The notes under the pieces are model-generated. The model had not been told where the DNA came from. It worked only from the letters and a program-made list of their open reading frames with translations, and did not search any database. Positions 9,865 to 21,515 of a stretch of 64,000 bases of DNA are shown piece after piece. Source of the DNA: an uncultured delta proteobacterium (lineage in GTDB: Bacteria > Myxococcota_A > Polyangia > Polyangiales > B10-G4); the NCBI GenBank assembly GCA_963727445.1, contig CAVSGI010000020.1:704001-768000 (forward strand), read 5' to 3'. The position numbers and the translations under genes are program-made. Numbering within the stretch: position 1 is the stretch's first letter; every line of letters starts with the position of its first letter.

Positions 9865-10506
9865 TCAGAGCTCGAAGCGACCGCCGAAGCGAAGGAGGAT
9901 GGCCCCGGACCAGCGCGCGGGGGCGACGTCGTCGGATACGGCCCACAGGCCCCGGCCGCGCAGGACGATGCCGGCGAAGAGGCCCTCCTGCCGGGATTCG
10001 AAGACGTGGTCGATGGCGAGGCTGGCCACGCCGCCGAAGACGAAGGAGTCGTGCGCGTCGTAGCCGTCGCCGATGGCCGCCTCTTCCGGCGGGCAGTCGT
10101 TGGGGCAGCGCGAGTCGTAGGAGGCGTCGCTCATGCCGACGGTGGGGCCGACGTCGAGGGTGAGGACCTCCGAGTCGAGGAAGGAGAAGCGCTTTTCGAG
10201 CGTCGGCGAGAACGAGAAATTGAAGAAGCCCGGGCTGCCTTCGCCCTTGATGTCGAAGGCCCAGCCGAAGCCCAGACCGAGGCCCCAACCGTCCGGATTG
10301 GTGAAGCTCAGGCCGAGGGAGGTCGCGACGCCCGCGCGGCTGTCGATGCCGGTGGGTCCGCCGGGCGCGCCGCCGATGCGTGCGCCGTACGCAACGTCGA
10401 GACCCATGAACCAATCGTCCTGGGCGGCGGCGTGACCGGGTGCGACCACCACGGCGAGGACGATCAGGGCGAGGGCGGCGAGCACCTTTTCGGCGTGGTG
10501 CATCAT
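9865..10506 (-). CDS. Exported hypothetical protein, possible outer-membrane beta-barrel
   Basis: Signal peptide AAAQ; alternating beta pattern; C-terminal LRFGGRFEL. Confidence 0.6.
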   Translation of the reverse strand: MMHHAEKVLAALALIVLAVVVAPGHAAAQDDWFMGLDVAYGARIGGAPGGPTGIDSRAGVATSLGLSFTNPDGWGLGLGFGWAFDIKGEGSPGFFNFSFSPTLEKRFSFLDSEVLTLDVGPTVGMSDASYDSRCPNDCPPEEAAIGDGYDAHDSFVFGGVASLAIDHVFESRQEGLFAGIVLRGRGLWAVSDDVAPARWSGAILLRFGGRFEL

Positions 10507-11438
10507 CGGACGAATGCTCCGAGGCTCAGGGTCACGAGACCTTCGATCCCCTCGTCGTCGACGCGCTCGATGGCGCCGGCGCTGAGGCGGATCTCGGCGC
10601 CCGCGGAGGAGGAGAAGTAGAGACGCACCGGCATGTTCCAGCGCGCGTAGAAACCGGGGGAGGCGTCCTGGCGGAAGCTCGCGCCCATCTCGGGTAGCAG
10701 CAGCGACAAGAGCGTCGGCACGCCCCACGCCGTCCCCTCGACGCGGTTTTCGAGCTCGAGGGCGGCGCCCACGAGGGCCACGTCGCCCGTGCCCTGCTGG
10801 GAGAGGTTCGTGAGGTAGTCGCCGCGAACGACGAGGCGATTGCGATCGCCGAAGAAGAACGTCTCCCAGAGCTTCGTGCTGCTCGAGCCGTAGCGATCCT
10901 CGCCGCGCGCGAAGAGCGACATGCCGATGGAGCCGGTCGCCCCGACCAGGGCGCCCCCGCCGCCTCCCAGCGTGCCGGCGCTACCGAGGACGGAGACGTG
11001 AAAGAAGAGCCCTTCGCTGTCGTCGCCGTCGTCATCCCGCTCGGGGTGCGCGCCGAAGTAGCCCGAGAGCGCCTGGAGCTCGGGGTCGTAGCGCATCGCT
11101 TCGACCTCTTCCTCGAAGCCGTCTCTCGTGGTGGGCCAGCTTGAGACGTCGCCGATGTCGGCGTCGAGCTCCATCCGATAGCCGTAGCCCGGGCACGCCG
11201 GCGGCTGGCAGACCTCGCGCGTGGCGACGGCGGCGCAGCGCATGCCCGAACAGACGGAGACCGCGACCTGGTCGGGCTGCCAGGCCACGTCGTCTTCGAG
11301 GAGCACCGCGGGTCGGTCGTGGTCGAGCGCCATCGATCGCGCGCGGCGCGGGTGCGGCGCTTGCGCCGCCGCCGTGCTCACCCACAAGACGAAGAGCATC
11401 GAGAGCCCCGAAGCCATCCCCAAGCGATCCACGGCCAT
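10503..11438 (-). CDS. Exported hypothetical protein, possible beta-barrel C-terminus
   Basis: Signal peptide, GC3-biased codons, ends VTLSLGAFVR; stop coupled to the next ATG. Confidence 0.6.
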   Translation of the reverse strand: MAVDRLGMASGLSMLFVLWVSTAAAQAPHPRRARSMALDHDRPAVLLEDDVAWQPDQVAVSVCSGMRCAAVATREVCQPPACPGYGYRMELDADIGDVSSWPTTRDGFEEEVEAMRYDPELQALSGYFGAHPERDDDGDDSEGLFFHVSVLGSAGTLGGGGGALVGATGSIGMSLFARGEDRYGSSSTKLWETFFFGDRNRLVVRGDYLTNLSQQGTGDVALVGAALELENRVEGTAWGVPTLLSLLLPEMGASFRQDASPGFYARWNMPVRLYFSSSAGAEIRLSAGAIERVDDEGIEGLVTLSLGAFVR

Positions 11439-11527
11439 GAGAGACGGCCCACCTCCGCCAAGGTTCTGGCGGCCGCGCAGATTTTCGTATCTCGCCGAAA
11501 ACGGAGCGAACCTCTACCCTTTTGCCC

Positions 11528-12061
11528 ATGCGCATCCAGAGCGAATCGGTCGTCACCCATCCGCGCGAGGCCGTCTACGGCGCGTATCGGGATCGCCTCC
11601 CGGAGATCGCGGAGTACATCCCCGACGTGAAAGAGATCCGTGCCGAGTCCCGTGAGGAAAAGGACGGCGAGCTCCACATCCACAACGTGTGGGTCGGTGA
11701 CCGGGAGATCCCCACCTTCGCGCGCGCGTTCCTCAAGCCCGAGATGCTCGAGTGGGACGACTACGCCCGCTGGTCCGACGAGGACAGCGCCGTGCGCTGG
11801 GAGCTCAAGCTCCGCGTCTTCCGGGACAGCATGACCTGCAGCGGCATCAACACCTTCGTCACCCACCGAGAGGACGCGACCAAGGTCGTGATCGACGGCG
11901 ATCTCGACATCGACCTGAAATCGATCCCTGGCGTCCCCAAGATGCTGGCGAAAGGGCTCAAGCCGCGGGTGGAGAAGTTCATCATTTCGCTGATCACCCC
12001 GAATCTGGAGCAGATGAACGTCAGCCTGCAGCGTTACCTCGACGATCACGCGAAGTCGTGA
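11528..12061 (+). CDS. SRPBCC/START-like lipid-binding protein (DUF2505-like)
   Basis: Strong codon bias; [33 protein letters not shown] pattern. Confidence 0.6.
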   Translation: MRIQSESVVTHPREAVYGAYRDRLPEIAEYIPDVKEIRAESREEKDGELHIHNVWVGDREIPTFARAFLKPEMLEWDDYARWSDEDSAVRWELKLRVFRDSMTCSGINTFVTHREDATKVVIDGDLDIDLKSIPGVPKMLAKGLKPRVEKFIISLITPNLEQMNVSLQRYLDDHAKS

Positions 12062-12078
12062 TGCGGTAGACTTCCCGC

Positions 12079-12744
12079 GTGGAGGAGGTGCTCAGATTTC
12101 TCGAGCTCTGCGCGGCCGAGCTCGACGCGGTCGACGCGAAGCTCGAGATCGGGGGCGAGGACCCCGACGATCCGCACTTCGTGTGGCACCTGACCGAGGA
12201 CGGTTTTCGGCTCGTGGTTCGCTTCGACGATCCGCCGCCGGACCCGGAGGCGGCGCGAGACAAGCTCGCGCGCTTCGCAGCCACCTTCGACGAGATCCCG
12301 CGCGAGGCCCGGCTTCGGCTGCCGCGGGCGGCCGTCCCCTCGGTGCGCGAGCAGCTCCACGAGCTCCTCGCCGCGCTCAAGGCGCGCGCGGGTGCGGAGC
12401 GGGCGGTGGTGATCGACGATTCGAGCCCCGTGATCTTCGGCGACTCCGAAGAGACACCGGCGGACGTCTCCGCGGACGCCGCTGCGCGCCTCGACGCGGC
12501 CATGGAGGCCGTACAGGCGCACGGTCCCGAGCGCCGCTGCATCCGCGACGGCGACCCGCCGCACCTGAGCCGACCCTTCGCCGCCACCTACCGGGTGGTG
12601 CTCGTGTTCAAGGCGCCCTTTTCCGAGATCCGCGCCGACGGGCACCTCGTCCGGGCGCTGCCCGTCATCGAGAAGAAGACCCTGGCCCTGCCACCCCTCG
12701 ACCCGAAGGGCGGGGCCAAGGTGAGGCTCCTTCGCCCGAGCTGA
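12079..12744 (+). CDS. Hypothetical protein
   Basis: Clean GC3-biased ORF between the SRPBCC gene and asnS. Confidence 0.65.
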   Translation: MEEVLRFLELCAAELDAVDAKLEIGGEDPDDPHFVWHLTEDGFRLVVRFDDPPPDPEAARDKLARFAATFDEIPREARLRLPRAAVPSVREQLHELLAALKARAGAERAVVIDDSSPVIFGDSEETPADVSADAAARLDAAMEAVQAHGPERRCIRDGDPPHLSRPFAATYRVVLVFKAPFSEIRADGHLVRALPVIEKKTLALPPLDPKGGAKVRLLRPS

Positions 12745-12767
12745 GCTTCGTGCTACCAAGCCTCGCC

Positions 12768-14171
<1,404 letters not shown>

Positions 14172-14176
14172 GCGCG

Positions 14177-14995
14177 ATGCCGCGTCTCGAAGTCGATGGC
14201 CAGACGATCGACTACGCGGACCAGGCGGGCCAGGACCCTGCGCTCGTCCTGATCCACAGCTCGGGCCTGAACAACCGGCAGTGGGGTGCGCTGCGCCTGG
14301 GCTTCGCGGGGGACAACCGCATCCTCGCGCCGAACCTCCTCGGTTACGGAGCGACCGGGCCGTGGCCCGGCGCGGCGCCCTTCACCATGGACGACGACGT
14401 CGCGGTGGTGCGTGCGGTGGTGGAGCTCGCCGAGACGCCGGTGGTGCTGGTCGGCCACAGCTACGGCGGCTACCTCGCGATGCGCGTGGGGCTGGCGCTC
14501 CCCGAGCGCGTTCGCGCCATCGTCGTGCACGAGCCCGTCATCTGGGGCGTGCTGCACGACGTTGGAGACGACGAGGTCATCGCCGAGATCGAGCGCGCCA
14601 ACGCGGACGGGCTCTTCCTGTCGGAGGAGCTGGGCGGCAAGGAGCAGTGGTGGCGTCGCTTCGTCGAGATCTGGGGCGGCGAAGGCGCGTGGGACGCGCT
14701 GCCGGTCGAACGTCGAAAGGCGTTTCTCGCCGTGGGGCCGAAGGTGTTTCGCGAGGTGCGCGAGCTCTTCCTCGATCGCACGCCGATCCGAACCTGGGCC
14801 GGGCTCAGCATGCCCTTGACGATCAGCGTCGGCGCCGGGACCCAGCCGCTGGAGGTCGACGCGTGCCGTGCGGTGAGCGATGCGCTCCCGGGCGCGCGCC
14901 TGCTCGACGTTCCAGGTGGTCACATGGCGCCGCTCACCGCTCCGGCTCCATTCTGCCGGCTTCTCGAGGACGCGATCGCGCGAGTAGAGACGTAG
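14177..14995 (+). CDS. Alpha/beta fold hydrolase
   Basis: LVLIHSSG, APNLLGYG, GHSYGG nucleophile elbow, GGHMAP. Confidence 0.9.
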   Translation: MPRLEVDGQTIDYADQAGQDPALVLIHSSGLNNRQWGALRLGFAGDNRILAPNLLGYGATGPWPGAAPFTMDDDVAVVRAVVELAETPVVLVGHSYGGYLAMRVGLALPERVRAIVVHEPVIWGVLHDVGDDEVIAEIERANADGLFLSEELGGKEQWWRRFVEIWGGEGAWDALPVERRKAFLAVGPKVFREVRELFLDRTPIRTWAGLSMPLTISVGAGTQPLEVDACRAVSDALPGARLLDVPGGHMAPLTAPAPFCRLLEDAIARVET

Positions 14996-15013
14996 CGGAG
15001 TAGGATCGCCGCC

Positions 15014-16480
15014 ATGGAGCGCGAGAGGTGGCTCGAGGCCGGATGGACGCGCGTGGTCACCGTCGTGGTCTCGCTCCTCGTCGTCTGGTCCGGCGAATTC
15101 CTCGTCGCGCTGGTCGGCGGAGGGCGGCTCACGAAGATCGACTTCGTCGTCGGGATCGCGGCGGCGGTCGTGTCGCTGGCGATGCTGGCCGCAGTATCGG
15201 GGCGGAAGCTCTCGCGCCGTCACTGGGTCGTCGTCGGCTTCACTTACATGCTCTCGCTGATGCTCTTGGCGGCCATCGGTCGCTACGACGTCACGCCCGT
15301 CGTCGGTCGGGGATGGGCTCCCGTCACCATCCTCATCGTCGTCTTCCCGGTGATGTTTCCAGCCACGCCCTGGACCGCGGCGCTCTTCGGCCTGTCGAGC
15401 CTCGTGGTGGACGTGATCGTCGCCCGGCTGTCGCAGCAGCTGCCGGGGGATCTCTCGATCCTCATCGGGCGCTACCACGGATTTCTTCTGGGGACGCTGC
15501 TCTCGGTGGCGCTCGCCTACATCGTTCACCGCCTGGGGCAGACCGAGCTCGAAGCCAAGAGCCTCGGTAGCTACACGCTCGTCGAGAAGCTGGGTGAAGG
15601 CGGAATGGGCGAGGTGTGGCGCGCCAGGCACGCGTTCCTCAAGCGGGGTGCCGCCGTCAAGCTCATCAGCCCCAAGCGCATTCGGGACTCGCATTCGCGT
15701 GAGGCCTATCGCCAGCGCTTCGAGCGCGAGGTGCAGTCCATCTCGCGGCTCCGCTCTCCCTACACGGTGGAGATCTTCGACTACGGCCAGCGGGAGGACG
15801 GTGTCCTTTGGTACGCGATGGAGCTCGTCGACGGGGTCGACCTGGTGGAGCTCACGTTTCGCAATCGGCCGCTGCCGGTCGAGCGCGCGATCTTCATCCT
15901 GCAGCAGGTCTGCTACTCGCTCCAGGAGGCGCACGAGCACGGGCTCGTCCATCGGGACGTCAAACCCAACAACGTGATGGTCGGCCGCATGGGGGTCGAG
16001 TACGACTTCGTGAAGGTGCTCGACTTCGGTCTGGTCAAGACGCAGCGCGAAGAGGACCTCACGGTCACCCACCAGGGGGCGACTCCCGGGACGCCTGGCT
16101 TCATGGCGCCTGAACAGATCCTGACGCCCACCCGGGTCGACGCGCGCGCCGACGTGTACGGCGTCGGCTGCCTCGCATACTTCATGGTGACCGGGCGTCT
16201 CGTCTTCGAAGCCGACGATTGGGAGCGGGTGAAGTCGATGCACGTGCACGAGCCGGTGTCGCCGCCATCGTCGCGCACCGAGTTCGACGTGCCTGCCGAG
16301 ATGGACGCGCTGATCCTCAAGTGCCTCGCGAAGGCGCCCGACCACCGCTACCAGACCATCGCCGAGGTGGCGCAGGCGCTCGGCGAAGTGCCCACCGAGG
16401 AGTCGTGGACGCGCCAGCGCGCCCGCTCCGCCTGGGAGGCCCACCCCTTCAAGAGCGGGGATTGGACCCAGACCGACTGA
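15014..16480 (+). CDS. Membrane-anchored Ser/Thr protein kinase (N-terminal TM helices)
   Basis: LGEGGMGEVW, AAVKLI, HRDVKPNN, KVLDFGL, GTPGFMAPE. Confidence 0.93.
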   Translation: MERERWLEAGWTRVVTVVVSLLVVWSGEFLVALVGGGRLTKIDFVVGIAAAVVSLAMLAAVSGRKLSRRHWVVVGFTYMLSLMLLAAIGRYDVTPVVGRGWAPVTILIVVFPVMFPATPWTAALFGLSSLVVDVIVARLSQQLPGDLSILIGRYHGFLLGTLLSVALAYIVHRLGQTELEAKSLGSYTLVEKLGEGGMGEVWRARHAFLKRGAAVKLISPKRIRDSHSREAYRQRFEREVQSISRLRSPYTVEIFDYGQREDGVLWYAMELVDGVDLVELTFRNRPLPVERAIFILQQVCYSLQEAHEHGLVHRDVKPNNVMVGRMGVEYDFVKVLDFGLVKTQREEDLTVTHQGATPGTPGFMAPEQILTPTRVDARADVYGVGCLAYFMVTGRLVFEADDWERVKSMHVHEPVSPPSSRTEFDVPAEMDALILKCLAKAPDHRYQTIAEVAQALGEVPTEESWTRQRARSAWEAHPFKSGDWTQTD

Positions 16481-16541
16481 CCCGAGCACGCGCGACGCGA
16501 CGCGTCAAAAGCTCAAACTTCTCGCGGACTCACATCTCGCC

Positions 16542-16593
16542 TTGACCCACGGCGACAACCCACGTATTTGGTCCTACCAGTTGGTAGGACCAA
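16542..16593 (+). promoter_or_regulatory. Promoter overlapped by a double FadR/GntR-type operator
   Basis: TTGACC(16542)-17 nt-TATTTG(16565); inverted repeat with perfect 12-bp arms TTGGTCCTACCA-GT-TGGTAGGACCAA (16568-16593), i.e. two TGGT-N3-ACCA boxes. Confidence 0.75.
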
Positions 16594-17660
16594 TGGGAAT
16601 TCGAGGGTTCATCGCGACGCTCCTGCTCGTCGCCATCGGCTGCGCGGCCGATGAGCCGCCGCCCGGCATCGACGAAAAGGGCCCGTTCAACGTCGGCTAC
16701 CGCCGCTTCGAGATCGACTACGAGCCGGCCGGGCAGGGGATCACCCGCACCATCCCCATCAACATCTGGTACCCGACCAACGACAGCGAGGGGATGCGCG
16801 TCACCTACGCAGGTCTCTTCATCGACGACGAGTCCTGGATGGACGCGAGCCTCGCGCCGCCCGTCGATCCTTCCGGCTATCCGGTGCACGTCTATTCGCA
16901 CGGCCATCGCGGCTTCGGTGGGACGAGCGCCACGCTCATGCGTCACTTCGCCTCCCACGGGTGGGTCGCGGTCGCGCCCGACCACATCGGCAACACCTTC
17001 GGCGACTTCATCGATCCACGGCCGACCAACATCTACTTCCTCCGCTCGATGGACATCAGCGCCGCCCTCGACGCGGTGGAGAATCTTCCCTCCGACGATC
17101 CCCTCGCCGGCAAGCTCCGCACCGAGCGCGTGCTGATGAGCGGGCACAGCTTCGGCACCGAGACCACCTGGGCCTCGGCAGGTGCGACCTACGACGTCGC
17201 GCGCATTCGCGAGCGCTGTGACGCCGGGGAGATTGAGTGCACCGACGTCGAGCTCGCCGCCTTCGAGGCGGGCGTGCGCGATCCGCGCGTGGTCGCCGCC
17301 ATCGGGATGGCGGGCTCGATCAAGAAGGACTGGTGCGGGGACGACGGATGGATGTCGGTGGACATCCCGTTCTTTTCGATGAGCGGCAGCCTCGACCCGG
17401 TCGGCGCGGACGAGCAGTTCGCCATGGTCTCGGGGATGGACTTCACCTGGATCGACATCGAGGGCGGCTGTCATCAGACCTTCGCCCTCGGCGGCTGCGA
17501 CGACCTCTCCGACGAGCTGGGCTTTCCCATCGTGAACGAGTACGCCCTGGCTTTCGGCCTGCACCACGTCCTCGGCGACGAGACCCCGGACGTGATGAGC
17601 GCGCTCGACGGAAGCCGCGAGGTCTCTCCCCTGGTCACCTTCATGAGAAAGGAGCCGTGA
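16593..17660 (+). CDS. Lipoprotein alpha/beta hydrolase (dienelactone hydrolase/PAF-AH-like)
   Basis: AIGC lipobox; IWYP, VYSHGH, SHGWVAVAPDHIGN, GHSFG. Confidence 0.85.
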   Translation: MGIRGFIATLLLVAIGCAADEPPPGIDEKGPFNVGYRRFEIDYEPAGQGITRTIPINIWYPTNDSEGMRVTYAGLFIDDESWMDASLAPPVDPSGYPVHVYSHGHRGFGGTSATLMRHFASHGWVAVAPDHIGNTFGDFIDPRPTNIYFLRSMDISAALDAVENLPSDDPLAGKLRTERVLMSGHSFGTETTWASAGATYDVARIRERCDAGEIECTDVELAAFEAGVRDPRVVAAIGMAGSIKKDWCGDDGWMSVDIPFFSMSGSLDPVGADEQFAMVSGMDFTWIDIEGGCHQTFALGGCDDLSDELGFPIVNEYALAFGLHHVLGDETPDVMSALDGSREVSPLVTFMRKEP

Positions 17661-17664
17661 GGCG

Positions 17665-19305
17665 ATGAAACGACTCCTCTACACGGCGCTGCTCCTGTTC
17701 CTCGGCGCCTGCGCCAACGAGAGCGGGGGGCCGGCGGGCGCACCGCCGGAGAACGACGAGACGCCCCCGCTGCCCGCGGCTCCCGCGGTGGACGCCGCCA
17801 TGGCCAACGTGCCGCGGCTGACCGGCGCGCAATACGAAAACGTGATCCACGACGTCTTCGGCGAGGACATCGTCGCTCCCTCGGCGCTCGAGCCGGACGT
17901 TCGCACCGAGGGGCTCGTGGCCATCGGCGCGGCGCAGACCTCGATCAGCCCGCGCGGCGTCGAGCAGTACGAGAGCGCCGCCTTCGCCGTCGCCGAGCAG
18001 GTCTTCGCGGAGGATCGCGCGGCGGGGGTCACCGGGTGCACGCCCTCCGGCAGCCGTGACGACGCCTGCGCCGAAGCCTTTCTTCGCGAGACGGGTCAGA
18101 GGCTCTGGCGCCGCCCTCTCACCGATGAAGAGGCCGCGGAGGTCGTGAGCGTGGCGGGAGCGGCCGCCGACGTGCTCGGCGATTTCTACGAAGGTCTCAG
18201 CTTCGGTCTCGCCGCGCTCCTCGAGTCGCCCTACTTCGTGTTCCGCGTCGAGCTCGGCGAGCCCGACGGCGGTGACCTCGCCTACACGGACTACGAGATG
18301 GCGTCGCGCCTGTCGTTCTTCCTCTGGAACACGACGCCCGACGACGCGCTCCTCGACGCGGCCGCGGCGGGACGGCTCACCGAGGACGAGACGCTCCTCG
18401 CCGAGGTGGACCGCATGCTCGCCGACGACAAGGCGCGGCAGGGTCTGCGCGCCTTCATCACCGACATCTGGGAGCTCGACCGACTCGACGATCTGGTCAA
18501 GGACCCGACCATCTTCACCCAGGCGAGCCCCGAGCTCGGACCCTACGCGCGCGAGGAGACGCTCCGCGTCGTCGAGCATCTGGCCTTCGAGGAGGACGCG
18601 GACTTCCGCCGCATCTTCACCCTCGACTACACCTTCGCGAACCCCAAGCTCGCCGCGCTCTACATGGTCCCCGCCGCGGAGCCCGAGGGCTTCCACCAGG
18701 TGATCTTCCCTCCCGAGAGCCCCCGCCGGGGTCTGCTCGGTCACGCGAGCTTCCTCGCCCTCAACGCCCACGCGACCTCTTCGTCGGCGACGCTTCGCGG
18801 CAAGTTCGTGCGGGTCACCCTGTTGTGCGAAGAGATCCTGCCGCCCCCGGTGAACGTGGACACGTCCCTGCCCGAGCCCAGCGGCGAGACGCTCACCCTG
18901 CGCGAGCGCGTTCAGGAGCACCTGACCGACCCCTTCTGCGCTGGCTGCCATCGTCCCCTCGACACCATCGGCCTGGGCCTCGAGCAGTTCGACGGCATCG
19001 GGCGATTCCGGACCTCCGATCACGGCGGGCTCATCGATCCGAGCGGCGAGCTCGACGGGCAATACTTCGCCGACGCCATCGAGCTCGGGCAGCGCCTCGC
19101 GGACGACCCGCGGGTGCCCACCTGCCTCGCCGAGAACATGTACCGCTACGCCACACGGCGCGCGATCACCGACGGCGAAGCCGACAACCTCGCCTGGGTG
19201 AACGACTACTTCTCGGAGGCCGGCTACCGCATCGAGGCGCTGATGCGCGCCATCGTGATGAGCCCCGGTTTCCGCCGTGCCACGCCCCCCGCGGAGGTGG
19301 AGTGA
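17665..19305 (+). CDS. DUF1592/DUF1588/DUF1595/DUF1585-type lipoprotein with a CxxCH heme motif
   Basis: RLTGAQYENVIHD, YEMASRLSFFLWNTTPD, RRGLLGHASFL, RGKFVR, CAGCH..GLGLEQFDGIGRFR. Confidence 0.9.
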   Translation: MKRLLYTALLLFLGACANESGGPAGAPPENDETPPLPAAPAVDAAMANVPRLTGAQYENVIHDVFGEDIVAPSALEPDVRTEGLVAIGAAQTSISPRGVEQYESAAFAVAEQVFAEDRAAGVTGCTPSGSRDDACAEAFLRETGQRLWRRPLTDEEAAEVVSVAGAAADVLGDFYEGLSFGLAALLESPYFVFRVELGEPDGGDLAYTDYEMASRLSFFLWNTTPDDALLDAAAAGRLTEDETLLAEVDRMLADDKARQGLRAFITDIWELDRLDDLVKDPTIFTQASPELGPYAREETLRVVEHLAFEEDADFRRIFTLDYTFANPKLAALYMVPAAEPEGFHQVIFPPESPRRGLLGHASFLALNAHATSSSATLRGKFVRVTLLCEEILPPPVNVDTSLPEPSGETLTLRERVQEHLTDPFCAGCHRPLDTIGLGLEQFDGIGRFRTSDHGGLIDPSGELDGQYFADAIELGQRLADDPRVPTCLAENMYRYATRRAITDGEADNLAWVNDYFSEAGYRIEALMRAIVMSPGFRRATPPAEVE

Positions 19306-20645
19306 TGACCCTCATCAAGAAGAAGCCGACGCTTCATCGGCGCACGATGCTCCGCGGCATGGTGGGCGGCTCCGCGGTCGCGGTGGGCCTGCCGCTGCTG
19401 AACATCTTTCTGAACGACCACGGCACTGCCATGGCCGACGGTGACGGGCTGCCCCGTCGCTTCGGGCTCTGGTACTGGGGCAACGGGGTGATCCCGCGGC
19501 GCTGGGTTCCGGATGGCGAAGGCCAGGGCTGGGAGCCCTCGGAGGAGCTCGAGCCGTTGCGCGCGCTTCGCGACAAGATCACGGTCGTCAGCGGCATGGG
19601 TGTCCTCGTGCCCAACGACATCGCGCACAAGTCGGGGCCGGCGGGGCTGTTGACCGGACGACCGGGCGTGCGCCGCGGAGACACGAGCCGCTTCGACGGA
19701 CCGACCCTGGACCAGGTGATCGCCGAGGCGGTCGGTGGTGAGACGCGCTTCCGTTCGCTCGAGGTCGGCATACAGCGCAGCGACGACGCGCTGTCCTTCA
19801 GCGGCGTCGACCAGCCCAACCCGCCGGAGCACTCGCCCCGCGGGCTCTACGAACGCATCTTCGGCACCGGCTTCCGCGTTCCTGGCGAGGACGGCATCGT
19901 CGATCCGCGCCTGGGTCTTCGCCGCAGCGTCCTCGACGTCGTCGGCGATCACGCCACGCGCCTGTCGTCGCGCCTCGGCGCCGAGGATCGGGCGCGCCTC
20001 GACCAGCATTTCACCGGCATCCGCGAGCTCGAGACCCGCATCCAGCGCCTCGAAGAGGACCCGCCGATGCTCGCCGCCTGCGCGCACCCCGACGAGCCCC
20101 TGGCCGACTATCCGGACATCGAGGGCCGCCCGCAGATGGACGAGATCAACGCCGTGATGAGCCAGCTCACCGCGATGGCCCTCGCCTGCGACCAGACGCG
20201 CGTCTTCAGCGTCCAGTACTCGCGCTCGCTGAACAACATCCTCTTCGGCGACGCGACCTCGGGCCATCACCAGCTCACCCACGACGAGCCGGGCGAGCAG
20301 CCGCAGGTGCATCAGATCGTGATCCAGATCGTGCGCAGCTACGGCGCGCTCCTCTCGGCGCTCGACGCGATCCCGGAAGGGAGCGGCACGCTCCTCGATC
20401 ACACGGTGGTGATGGGCACGACCGACACCTCCCTCGGCAAGTCGCACTCCATCAAGAACTACCCGATCCTCCTCGGCGGATCGCTCGGCGGCTATCTGAA
20501 GACCGGCTTCCACTACAAGAGCCGGACCGACGAGAACGCGAGCAAGGTGGTGCTGACGCTGCTCCAGGGCATGGGGCTCTTCCTCGAGGACTGGGGCGCC
20601 GAAGGCGGCTACGTCTCGAGCGGTCTCGGAGCGATCGAGTCATGA
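19305..20645 (+). CDS. DUF1552 domain protein (Tat-like N-terminus)
   Basis: LHRRTMLRG..GLPLL, RRSVLDVV, RLDQHFTGIRELE, MALACDQTRV, HHQLTH. Confidence 0.9.
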   Translation: MTLIKKKPTLHRRTMLRGMVGGSAVAVGLPLLNIFLNDHGTAMADGDGLPRRFGLWYWGNGVIPRRWVPDGEGQGWEPSEELEPLRALRDKITVVSGMGVLVPNDIAHKSGPAGLLTGRPGVRRGDTSRFDGPTLDQVIAEAVGGETRFRSLEVGIQRSDDALSFSGVDQPNPPEHSPRGLYERIFGTGFRVPGEDGIVDPRLGLRRSVLDVVGDHATRLSSRLGAEDRARLDQHFTGIRELETRIQRLEEDPPMLAACAHPDEPLADYPDIEGRPQMDEINAVMSQLTAMALACDQTRVFSVQYSRSLNNILFGDATSGHHQLTHDEPGEQPQVHQIVIQIVRSYGALLSALDAIPEGSGTLLDHTVVMGTTDTSLGKSHSIKNYPILLGGSLGGYLKTGFHYKSRTDENASKVVLTLLQGMGLFLEDWGAEGGYVSSGLGAIES

Positions 20646-21515
20646 GGGCGCTCTTCACCCTCGCGCTCGCCCTGTTCGTGGGCAGCTTCGTCGCCGGCTG
20701 TCAGGGCGGTGAGGTCTATTCCCCGGACGAGAGCAGCCCCAGCCGATGCGAAGGGGATGTGCGCTACTTCGTGGTGCGCGAGCTGACCTTCGAGGTCGAA
20801 GAGGAGCCGGGGATCTCTGCGGGCATGAACCTCGACGGCATCACCAGTGACGACACCGACCCCCGCGGCTGCCGCAAGAACGACTACACGAGCCCCCATG
20901 GACAGGAGGGCATCGACAACCAGCTTGGTTTCCTGGTGCCCCTCGTCGAGCAGACGCTGGGCAACGTCATCACCGGCACGGTGCAGTCGTCAATCAACGA
21001 GGGCTCGCTCCTCGTGGTGATCGGCCTGACCGGCCTCGACGGCGGGCCCCAGGACGACTGCGTGGGGCTGAGCGTGGAGCGCGGCGGCGGCACGCCCCTC
21101 ATCGGCACCGACGGGTACATCGAGCCCTGGCAGACCTTCGAGCTCCAGGGCGAGGGAGGGCGCAACTACGCGCCCGACGTCCAGATGTCGGAGGACATCC
21201 TCTTGTCCGGCCCCTTCCAGTTCCAACTCGACCTGACCATTCAGGGCAACGACTTCCACTTCGAGATGAAGAACAGCTGGGCGCGGCTGGACATGAACGC
21301 CGACGGCGACGTGATCAGCGGCGAGATCGCCGGCGGCATCGACGTCCCGGCGCTCTCCAACACGCTCATGAACGTCGAGGCGGGGGACTTCGCGACGCTG
21401 GTCGTTCCGCTGCTGCGCTCCGAGGCGGACCTGGCGCCCAACGAAGACGGGCGCTGCCAGCAGAATCTCCACGGCCTTCCGCTTCACCGCGGTCCCGGGG
21501 TTCGTCTTTCGATGA
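20642..21515 (+). CDS. Hypothetical lipoprotein (frameshift near 21464)
   Basis: VAGC lipobox; GMNLDG..GIDNQL; the shifted frame reads ISTAFRFTAVPGFVFR* and its TGA overlaps the ATG at 21512. Confidence 0.7.
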